From positions 1-64,000 of the IMG/VR virus record IMGVR_UViG_3300025470_000019: DNA of 64,000 nucleotides. The stretch is one strand, 5' to 3'. The notes under the pieces were generated by a model. That model saw only the letters and a list, made by a program, of their open reading frames with translations, was not told the DNA's origin and did no database searches. Below are positions 1-6,292 of this stretch, piece after piece. The stretch comes from a virus. Taxonomy: Duplodnaviria > Caudoviricetes. How positions within the stretch are numbered: the first letter of the stretch is position 1; the number at the start of each line of letters is the position of its first letter. A program made the translations under genes and the position numbers.

Positions 1-20
1 AGTCCAACTCTCTGGTACCA
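1..20 (+). tRNA. 3' end of a tRNA truncated by the window edge
   Basis: Ends ...ctggtACCA just upstream of a tRNA array; identity not determinable. Confidence 0.55.
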
Positions 21-26
21 AAATAT

Positions 27-102
27 CTAGGTGTGGGAAAGTTGGAAATCCGCCTGCTTTGGAAGCAGGAGAGCGCTGGGTCGGGACCAGCCACCTAGAC
101 CA
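27..102 (+). tRNA. tRNA-Pro(UGG), atypical T-loop (GTCGGGA) and A37
   Basis: Acceptor CTAGGTG/CACCTAG, anticodon arm CCTGC-TTTGGAA-GCAGG, encoded CCA. Confidence 0.85.
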
Positions 103-179
103 GTTTACTCCGCAGGTGTTAGGCACCGTAAGACGGCAGAATTATAGGAGAGTGTTTGTTTTGTATAAATCCTGCGATT

Positions 180-205
180 TATAAATACTCCATAAGGAGA
201 TTTAT
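180..205 (+). promoter_or_regulatory. T4-type late promoter TATAAATA within an RBS-occluding hairpin
   Basis: ATAAAT-A-CTCC-ataa-GGAG-ATTTAT directly before the HNH ATG. Confidence 0.75.
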
Positions 206-751
206 ATGTGGAAATGCAAACACTGCTCTCATGAATTTGATTTTAACAGAACTACAGAAAAAGCGAATCATTCTCGCCATTGTAATATGAATCCTACAAA
301 AAAGAGTTCATATGAACAATTGAAAGTTGGACAACAAGCAAATGTTGAACGAAAATTGGGCAGGTTGCAGAATTATGATGTATCTTGCGAATGTTGCGGT
401 AATACGTTTAGCGTAAAGGAAAGAGAAAAGCAATTTCCTAAACGCAAAAAATATTTTTGTTCTAGGTCTTGTGCCAATTCTTCTGGAGGAAAGGCTAAAG
501 CGGTTAAATATCATCAAGACGAAGTTGCTCATTATACTACTGTTGCTTGGAGACACCACGACAAAAAATGTTTGGTTTGTGGTGAAGAAAATGTCGTTGC
601 GGTTCATCATGTAAATGAAAATCATAACGATAATGATCCAAAGAATTTGGTTCCGTTATGTCCTACGCATCACCAATATATGCACAGCAGATATCGAGAT
701 TTAGTTCAAAGTCAAGTTGATGATTATATAAAAGTTAAATGGGGCACCTGA
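206..751 (+). CDS. HNH homing endonuclease with Zn-finger motifs
   Basis: CxxC motifs; VHHVNENHNDNDPKNLVPLCPTHH HNH motif; AT-rich. Confidence 0.85.
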   Translation: MWKCKHCSHEFDFNRTTEKANHSRHCNMNPTKKSSYEQLKVGQQANVERKLGRLQNYDVSCECCGNTFSVKEREKQFPKRKKYFCSRSCANSSGGKAKAVKYHQDEVAHYTTVAWRHHDKKCLVCGEENVVAVHHVNENHNDNDPKNLVPLCPTHHQYMHSRYRDLVQSQVDDYIKVKWGT

Positions 752-813
752 GTGGGTGCAGACTCTGCCCTTGCACGGCGGAAGATGGGGTTCGACTCCC
801 CAGTGCTCCACCA
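741..813 (+). tRNA. tRNA-Ala(UGC), compact
   Basis: Acceptor GGGGCAC/GTGCTCC with G3:U70, loop CTTGCAC, T-arm TGGGG-TTCGACT-CCCCA, CCA. Confidence 0.8.
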
Positions 814-818
814 ATATA

Positions 819-930
819 GACTTCCTCGGCTGAACCCGGGAAAGGATAGAGTTGTTGATACGTAGCAATAATTCTGTCTGGGAAGATACAGCGTCCGGAC
901 GTAATGTATCAAGGCACACTGTAGGAAGTC
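819..930 (+). ncRNA. Unidentified multi-stem structured RNA in tRNA array
   Basis: Closing helix GACTTCCT/AGGAAGTC; 13-bp GATAGAGTTGTTG/CAATAATTCTGTC; GATACA/TGTATC hairpin. Confidence 0.55.
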
Positions 931-939
931 ACTAAATTT

Positions 940-1022
940 GCGTCTATGGTGAAATTGGCAGACACGGCAGACTTAGAATCTGTTGCTTCGGCGTGGGGGT
1001 TCAAGTCCCTCTAGACGCACCA
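940..1022 (+). tRNA. tRNA-Leu(UAG)
   Basis: Cloverleaf with variable arm, GCAGA-CTTAGAA-TCTGT, CCA. Confidence 0.92.
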
Positions 1023-1030
1023 AGTTTTTT

Positions 1031-1105
1031 GCCTTTGTAGCTCAGTTGGTAGAGCGCTCGGTTGAAGCCCGAGGGTCTGGGGTTCGATTCCCTGCGAAGG
1101 CACCA
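1031..1105 (+). tRNA. tRNA-Phe(GAA)
   Basis: CTCGG-TTGAAGC-CCGAG anticodon arm, canonical D/T arms, CCA. Confidence 0.9.
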
Positions 1106-1112
1106 TAAATTA

Positions 1113-1215
1113 TCCAGCATTCTAGACAGGCTGGAGAGACCTAGCAAGGGTAACAGTGGGGAAATCTTGCGAATATCGGATTGCTGACCACAAGGATCAA
1201 AGGGCTAAACCGATA
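1113..1215 (+). ncRNA. Possible structured RNA in tRNA spacer
   Basis: Hairpins TCCAGC/GCTGGA, GCAAGG/TCTTGC and TATCGG/CCGATA. Confidence 0.35.
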
Positions 1216-1229
1216 AGGTGTAAGGAATT

Positions 1230-1315
1230 GGGAAGGTAAAGCTGTTCGGATACAGCAGTCAGACTGTAAATCTGATCCTTAACGGGGAGTGGTTCGAGTC
1301 CGCACCTTCCCACCA
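1230..1315 (+). tRNA. tRNA-Tyr(GUA)
   Basis: GGGAAGG/CCTTCCC acceptor, TCAGA-CTGTAAA-TCTGA, variable arm, CCA. Confidence 0.9.
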
Positions 1316-1321
1316 AGTTTT

Positions 1322-1397
1322 GGGGACGTAGCTCAATCGGGAGAGCACCAGCTTGTCACGCTGGAGGTAGTGGGATCGAAACCCATCGTCCTCGCCA
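1322..1397 (+). tRNA. tRNA-Asp(GUC)
   Basis: CCAGC-TTGTCAC-GCTGG; T-loop ATCGAAA; CCA. Confidence 0.9.
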
Positions 1398-1415
1398 ACC
1401 CTAAATAAGTTTAAT

Positions 1416-1489
1416 GCGGATATCGTATAATGGTATTATTACAGCCTTCCAAGCTGAAGACGCGAGTTCGATTCTCGCTATCCGCTCCA
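1416..1489 (+). tRNA. tRNA-Gly(UCC)
   Basis: GCGGATA/TATCCGC acceptor, CTTCCAA loop, CCA. Confidence 0.92.
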
Positions 1490-1497
1490 TTTATTAT

Positions 1498-1576
1498 CGC
1501 GGAGTAGAGGAGTCTGGTCGTCCTCGCCTGTCTCATAAGCAGGAAATCGTCGGTTCGAATCCGACTTCCGCAACCA
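1498..1576 (+). tRNA. tRNA-Met(CAU), initiator-like C1:A72 mismatch
   Basis: CGCGGAG 5' strand, CCTGT-CTCATAA-GCAGG, CCA. Confidence 0.88.
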
Positions 1577-1645
1577 AATATGCCCAAGTATCTTTGTCTA
1601 TAAATTCGAACTTATATAAATAATTTGAGTTTATAGGAGGTTCGA

Positions 1646-2146
1646 ATGAAGTGCGAAAACTGCGGAAATACACATATTGGATCATTTGGTTCTGGTAGAT
1701 TTTGTTCCAAGTCTTGTTCTAGAAGTTATTCAACTAAATCTAAACGAGATGATATAAATAAAAGAGTCAAAGAAAAGTTAACTGGAAGAACTCTTAGCGA
1801 AGAGCATCGACAGAAACTTAAAGATTCTTGGAAATCAGGTTCGTATGCTGAACGATGTGTGAGAAAACCACAACCAATAGAAGAATTATTGGTAGAACAG
1901 GGATTTGTTTCTACCCAACACATAAAACGAAGATTGTTTAAAGAAGGTCTAAAAGTAAATATATGTGAAGATTGTGGAATAGGAGATGAATATAATGGGA
2001 AACCTATTGTCCATCAACTCCACCATATTAATGGAAATCCTAAAGATCATCGCATAACAAATTTGCAAATACTCTGCCCTAACTGTCATTCTCAGACAGA
2101 TAATTGGTCAGGTAAAAAACATGCCCGAGTAGCTCAACTGGATTAG
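1646..2146 (+). CDS. HNH homing endonuclease
   Basis: CEDCG...HQLHHINGNPKDHRITNLQILCPNCH; late promoter TATAAATA at 1615-1622. Confidence 0.88.
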   Translation: MKCENCGNTHIGSFGSGRFCSKSCSRSYSTKSKRDDINKRVKEKLTGRTLSEEHRQKLKDSWKSGSYAERCVRKPQPIEELLVEQGFVSTQHIKRRLFKEGLKVNICEDCGIGDEYNGKPIVHQLHHINGNPKDHRITNLQILCPNCHSQTDNWSGKKHARVAQLD

Positions 2147-2200
2147 AGTGCTCGCCTACGAAGCGAAAGGTTGCAGGTTCGAATCCTGTCTTGGGCTCCA
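2123..2200 (+). tRNA. tRNA-Arg(ACG)
   Basis: GCCCGAG/CTTGGGC acceptor, CTACGAA loop, CCA. Confidence 0.9.
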
Positions 2201-2251
2201 GAATAATATGTCCCACACCTCTGCCTTTGGTACGTGTGGGATCTCTACTCT

Positions 2252-2328
2252 CTACCTGTAGGAAAGTCTGGTAATCCGTCTGCTTTGGGTGCAGAAGATC
2301 GGGAGTTCGAATCTCTCCAGGTAGACCA
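2252..2328 (+). tRNA. tRNA-Pro(UGG), second copy, canonical
   Basis: CTACCTG/CAGGTAG acceptor, TCTGC-TTTGGGT-GCAGA, CCA. Confidence 0.9.
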
Positions 2329-2334
2329 GTTCTT

Positions 2335-2408
2335 GTCGGTGAAGCATTAAAGTGATGTGTCAGTCTCCAAAACTGAAGAACACGGGGCGGTACCGTGCAC
2401 CTTCGCCA
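2335..2408 (+). tRNA. tRNA-Trp(CCA), atypical T-loop and acceptor mismatches
   Basis: TCAGT-CTCCAAA-ACTGA; T-arm CACGG-GGCGGTA-CCGTG; CCA. Confidence 0.75.
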
Positions 2409-2426
2409 ATTTTAATCAGGTGATTT

Positions 2427-2864
2427 ATGTTTGATGAAGCAAAGCAAGCAATTATTGAATCGAGTCAGACTTCATCGGTTTATGTCGGTGCGGATAGTAT
2501 TCGATATAAGAAGAACAAGGAATGGTGGGCAAAGTATTCTACCGTGATTATCCTTCACAAGGATTCCAAGCACGGTTGTCAGCTTTGGCACAACTCGGTT
2601 GATATGCGCGACTTTGGCAATCTTCGTCAGAGAATGATCACCGAAGCTGGGTTTGCTATTGAAGCAGCTTCAGAAATTATCGAGGTTATCGGAGATCGAA
2701 AGCTGGAAATTCACCTTGATATTAATCCTGATCCAAAGCACAAGTCTAGTATTGCCGTCAAGGAAGCCCTTGGCTACGTGAAGGGCAGTACTGGACTTGA
2801 TGCTAAGATCAAGCCTGAAGCATTTGCTGCTACTCATGCTGCGGATCATATGGTAAGAAGTTAA
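2427..2864 (+). CDS. RNase H-fold protein, YkuK/DUF458-like
   Basis: VYVGADS...Y.TVIILH...EIHLDINP motifs. Confidence 0.7.
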   Translation: MFDEAKQAIIESSQTSSVYVGADSIRYKKNKEWWAKYSTVIILHKDSKHGCQLWHNSVDMRDFGNLRQRMITEAGFAIEAASEIIEVIGDRKLEIHLDINPDPKHKSSIAVKEALGYVKGSTGLDAKIKPEAFAATHAADHMVRS

Positions 2865-2866
2865 GT

Positions 2867-2895
2867 GGTCGATTAGCTCAGCGGTAGAGCAACTT
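2867..2895 (+). pseudogene. Orphan tRNA 5' half (acceptor strand plus D-arm), Val-like
   Basis: GGTCGAT-TA-GCTC-AGCGGTA-GAGC-AACTT, then abrupt AT-rich HNH promoter. Confidence 0.75.
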
Positions 2896-2935
2896 AAAAA
2901 TATAAATAACTTAGTAATTGAGCTAAGGAGTTTAT

Positions 2936-3433
2936 ATGCATAAATGTGAAATTTGTGATAAAGAATTTGATAATTACCGCAAATTAAATGGCCACAAAAG
3001 CGTCCATCGCTCTGGTGGTAGATATTCGGTTTCTCGTAAAACTAATAAAGAATATTCTTGTTTATCTTGCGGGTCTTTCCCAGTCAAAGCGAAATATTGT
3101 AGTAATGCATGCCAAAGAGAATTTCAGTGGAAGCAGAATTATACTGCAATATCGAACGGAAAGGTTTTGTCTGAGGGGTTAATGCGCAGATATATTACTG
3201 AAGTTCGTGGATATATTTGTGAACACTGCAGCGTGGGCAATGAGTGGAATGGTAAATCGCTAACTCTACAACTAGATCATATAGACGGAAATAGTGATAA
3301 CAACGAACTTTCTAATTTAAGATGGTTGTGTCCTAATTGCCACACCCAAACCCAAACTTGGTGCGGGAGAAATAAGAAAAACACTAAAAGGAATAGATAT
3401 TTACGAAAATACAAAACAGGGGTCGTTAGTTAA
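2936..3433 (+). CDS. HNH homing endonuclease
   Basis: CEHC...LQLDHIDGNSDNNELSNLRWLCPNCH; C2H2-like N-terminus; TATAAATA at 2901-2908. Confidence 0.88.
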   Translation: MHKCEICDKEFDNYRKLNGHKSVHRSGGRYSVSRKTNKEYSCLSCGSFPVKAKYCSNACQREFQWKQNYTAISNGKVLSEGLMRRYITEVRGYICEHCSVGNEWNGKSLTLQLDHIDGNSDNNELSNLRWLCPNCHTQTQTWCGRNKKNTKRNRYLRKYKTGVVS

Positions 3434-3493
3434 ATGGTATAACCTCGCTTTTACATAGCGATGTCGGCAGTTCAATCCCGTCATCCGGTACCA
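3420..3493 (+). tRNA. tRNA-Val(UAC), degenerate/chimeric acceptor stem
   Basis: TCGCT-TTTACAT-AGCGA arm and CCA present, but 5' GGGTCGT pairs poorly with 3' ATCCGGT. Confidence 0.6.
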
Positions 3494-3559
3494 GAATTAT
3501 GTGTCATCCTCTGGGTGAGATATAGGGCAGGCAGTTTTAGATGTGATTAAAGGTGAATT

Positions 3560-3925
3560 ATGGAAGAGTCGCTAGAAGAGTTTCTTGAACGATGTAGGAA
3601 ACGCAATCGTGAGTTCGTTCAATATGGTATTGATAACTTCTGGTGGGAAACATACAAGGTGACTAATGGGGGTTCATGGGAACCAGTTCCCTTCCCCTAT
3701 GTGTTTGTAATGGATTGTCGTTGGCTTCGACAGATGAATAATGGTTTGTGGGAAACCATTGGTATTCTTGAGCCACATCAAAATACTATGGCACATGTTT
3801 TAGCGGCTTTTGATATTTTTGCAAGTGTATCTGAGGCAAAGAAAAACGGTTGGCATAAACCCATCACTCCTGGTGAATATCTGTTTAAGAAAACAGGTCG
3901 TAGATTGGTAGTTGAAGAAGAATAG
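3560..3925 (+). CDS. Hypothetical protein, C-terminus loosely S4-like
   Basis: ORF with SD; LAAFDIFASVSEAKKNGW segment. Confidence 0.6.
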   Translation: MEESLEEFLERCRKRNREFVQYGIDNFWWETYKVTNGGSWEPVPFPYVFVMDCRWLRQMNNGLWETIGILEPHQNTMAHVLAAFDIFASVSEAKKNGWHKPITPGEYLFKKTGRRLVVEEE

Positions 3926-3933
3926 ATATCACT

Positions 3934-4103
3934 GCCGACGGGCGGTGTAAGAAGTGTGACTGAATAATCTCCTGCCAGAGGAGATAAAGTAGACTCGGGG
4001 AGTGGTTCTCCTGCTCAACCAGCTAACGGGTCGTGGCGGCGAAATAGATACAGAGGTATTTGGCTAGCTGCTTGAGGGTATATCCGAATCCCTTCACTTC
4101 GCC
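3934..4103 (+). ncRNA. Unidentified ~170-nt structured RNA
   Basis: Long-range GAAGTG/CACTTC; hairpins ATCTCCT/AGGAGAT, GGGGAG/CTCCT, GAGGG/CCCTT; no ORF. Confidence 0.6.
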
Positions 4104-4120
4104 TTTATATAAATAGATGC

Positions 4121-4408
4121 ATGAACTATAATGCTATCTTTCAGTTGATTGCCGATGTCGGCTTCCCCATCGCAGCTGCAATGCTCGGTGGGGTTTTCGT
4201 GTATTTTGTCATCAACTATATTCTGGAGAGCGTCTTGAAGGCGATCAAAGGAATGCAAGGTATTATCATGGGGTTAGATAACCGAGTGAAAACTATGAAC
4301 CACGATATTATTCGTGTTGATACCGTAGTCAGTTCTGCTCTAGGTCTTCGCCCTGATATGGATCGTATTGCCCGAGCAGACGGAAAGAACGATGCTCGGA
4401 GGGATTGA
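4121..4408 (+). CDS. Small membrane protein (paralog pair, 1)
   Basis: LIADVGFPIAAA TM segment; late promoter at 4108-4115. Confidence 0.7.
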   Translation: MNYNAIFQLIADVGFPIAAAMLGGVFVYFVINYILESVLKAIKGMQGIIMGLDNRVKTMNHDIIRVDTVVSSALGLRPDMDRIARADGKNDARRD

Positions 4409-4683
4409 TGGATTTAAATGTTATTGCCCCTCTGATTAAACAATACGGATTTCCTATTGTTGCTTCGGTTGGTATGGGATACTTTGTATTTTTCATTTAT
4501 AAATTTGTTACTGATAGACTTATGCCTCTTATTGGAGAGACGAATGGAATTTTGATTGCACTGATTGATCGCATTAGAATGTTAGACAATGATCTCATTA
4601 GGCTACAACAGAAAGTAAGTGTTGTGCTGCAGATTAAAGGGGAACATAATTATGCAGATAAATCTGAAGATCGAAATCCTTAA
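4405..4683 (+). CDS. Small membrane protein (paralog pair, 2)
   Basis: LIKQYGFPIVAS; RI.MLDNDLIRL resembles the upstream paralog. Confidence 0.7.
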   Translation: MMDLNVIAPLIKQYGFPIVASVGMGYFVFFIYKFVTDRLMPLIGETNGILIALIDRIRMLDNDLIRLQQKVSVVLQIKGEHNYADKSEDRNP

Positions 4684-4733
4684 AGTCTTCACACTCGACT
4701 TCTCTTTCTGCTCAGAAAAGAAGGGGAAGAAAG

Positions 4734-5120
4734 ATGAGAAAGCTATTTCTACTTCTGGCTCTGACAGCAAGTCAGGCTAACGCTAGCGAACAAGTATTTC
4801 AATTCAAGAATCCTTCTTTTGGTGGCGGACCAGGAGCGAGTGCTCAGTGGATAACGACAGAAAACGAGCAGCATGCAAGACAACAGGCTATTCAGGATAA
4901 GATTGACGCTGCTTCTGAGAAGGCACACGAACTGTTTCTAAATGCATATAGACTGGGAGCTTGGAAACGAGCATACGCTATGGCGGTCTCTATGAGAGGA
5001 ATCTGGTCTGGACATCTTGCTGCGTATTATGATATGATGGCAGAAAGAATCAAAGATATTCAAGCTAATCCGCCACGCCCGAAAGAATGGGACGGAATTT
5101 ACCGTGCCCAAACTAAATGA
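4734..5120 (+). pseudogene. Chimeric ORF: CsgF-like N-terminus fused to adenylate-cyclase-like C-terminal tail
   Basis: Signal peptide plus QVFQFKNPSFGG (CsgF-like), then YYDMMAERI...PPRPKEWDGIYRAQTK (typical end of CHASE2/cyclase proteins). Confidence 0.6.
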
Positions 5121-5148
5121 GTTTATAGGGCAACGGCTAAATAAGAAT

Positions 5149-5730
5149 ATGAAACATACCCATCATATCATACCTAAACACATGGGCGGGTCAGATGACC
5201 CGGAAAACTTAATAGAATTAACAATAAAAGAACATGCCGAAGCGCACCGAGTATTGTATGAACAACATGGAAAATGGCAAGACAAAGTAGCATGGCAAGG
5301 ATTATTAGGGTTAATACCTCACGAGCAAATCATGAAAGAAATGTATGCTGCACGTCGAGGATCTGGAAATAATTTTTATGGAAAAAAACATACAGAAGAA
5401 ACAAAAAAACTTATTAGCGAAAAAACCAAAGGAAAATTAAAAGGTATTCCAAAATCTGCTGAGACTCGTAAAAAGATGAGCGAAAATAATGGTAGATCTC
5501 AGTTAGGAAAAACCCCTTGGAATAAAGGTAAGACTAGTGTTCAGCTAAAAAGTTTAGAAACTAAAATGAAAGTTAGCAAACCTGTAAATTACAACGGAAT
5601 TGAATATTATTCAATAAAAGAAGCAGCAATACAAAATAATACTACACCTTATTATATAAAAAAACACATAAAAGGAATCACAACTCTTAATAGGAAGTGT
5701 ACTACTCGAAACCGAAGAACAAATAAATAA
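5149..5730 (+). CDS. HNH endonuclease with NUMOD3-like repeats
   Basis: HHIIPKHMGGSDDPENLIELTIKEHAEAH; KHTEETKK motifs; start set at ATG after CTAAATA. Confidence 0.85.
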   Translation: MKHTHHIIPKHMGGSDDPENLIELTIKEHAEAHRVLYEQHGKWQDKVAWQGLLGLIPHEQIMKEMYAARRGSGNNFYGKKHTEETKKLISEKTKGKLKGIPKSAETRKKMSENNGRSQLGKTPWNKGKTSVQLKSLETKMKVSKPVNYNGIEYYSIKEAAIQNNTTPYYIKKHIKGITTLNRKCTTRNRRTNK

Positions 5731-5734
5731 TTCT

Positions 5735-6109
5735 ATGAGAGCACATGAATTTATAGTTGAAATGCCACAAGGAATTAGTTTTAATCCTGATAACAAAACA
5801 ACACAAGAAATTGCTAATCTGTATTCATTAGGATTTACACTAGCAGATATTGCTAAAGAATATCCGACATCGCAAACAGCATTGCTAAGAGTTCTAAAGT
5901 CACTTCCGTCATGGAATGATATTAAAACATCTAACAGAGAGTCAAGATCAAAGCAAGGGTTAGCAATCGGACGAAAAGGTACTACGCAAGAGAAACTTGA
6001 ACAAATGTCTAGAATGTTTGCAACTGGAGGATTTAATCATGGCATTTTTATCTTTGGTTGCTGCATTTTATTTTGGTTATCTTGTTTGCGCCTTTTTCAC
6101 TTTGGGTAG
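5735..6109 (+). CDS. Hypothetical HTH-like protein, probably 3'-truncated
   Basis: MRAHEFIVE start, QEIANLYSLGFTLADIAKEY; last ~25 aa read out of frame over next gene. Confidence 0.45.
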   Translation: MRAHEFIVEMPQGISFNPDNKTTQEIANLYSLGFTLADIAKEYPTSQTALLRVLKSLPSWNDIKTSNRESRSKQGLAIGRKGTTQEKLEQMSRMFATGGFNHGIFIFGCCILFWLSCLRLFHFG

Positions 6110-6257
6110 TTCCGATAGTGCTTGGGAACGTGGCTTTCGAGACGGCAAAAGGGCGAGTAAGATCGCTGGTCATGTGATTGCGAGAAACGATCCTATTGAT
6201 GAGATTATGGTTGAGCATAATGGTGATATGGCTCGCTACCGGAGAGTTGTCGATTAA
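6039..6257 (+). CDS. Small membrane protein
   Basis: SD GGAGG, hydrophobic N-terminus. Confidence 0.65.
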   Translation: MAFLSLVAAFYFGYLVCAFFTLGSSDSAWERGFRDGKRASKIAGHVIARNDPIDEIMVEHNGDMARYRRVVD

Positions 6258-6292
6258 TAAATAATCAATAACTCCAATAAAGGTAATTCCAT

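Noticed and set aside
2205-2245. CCCACAC/GTGTGGG hairpin between tRNA-Arg and tRNA-Pro
   Set aside because: A single short stem, not enough to call a feature.
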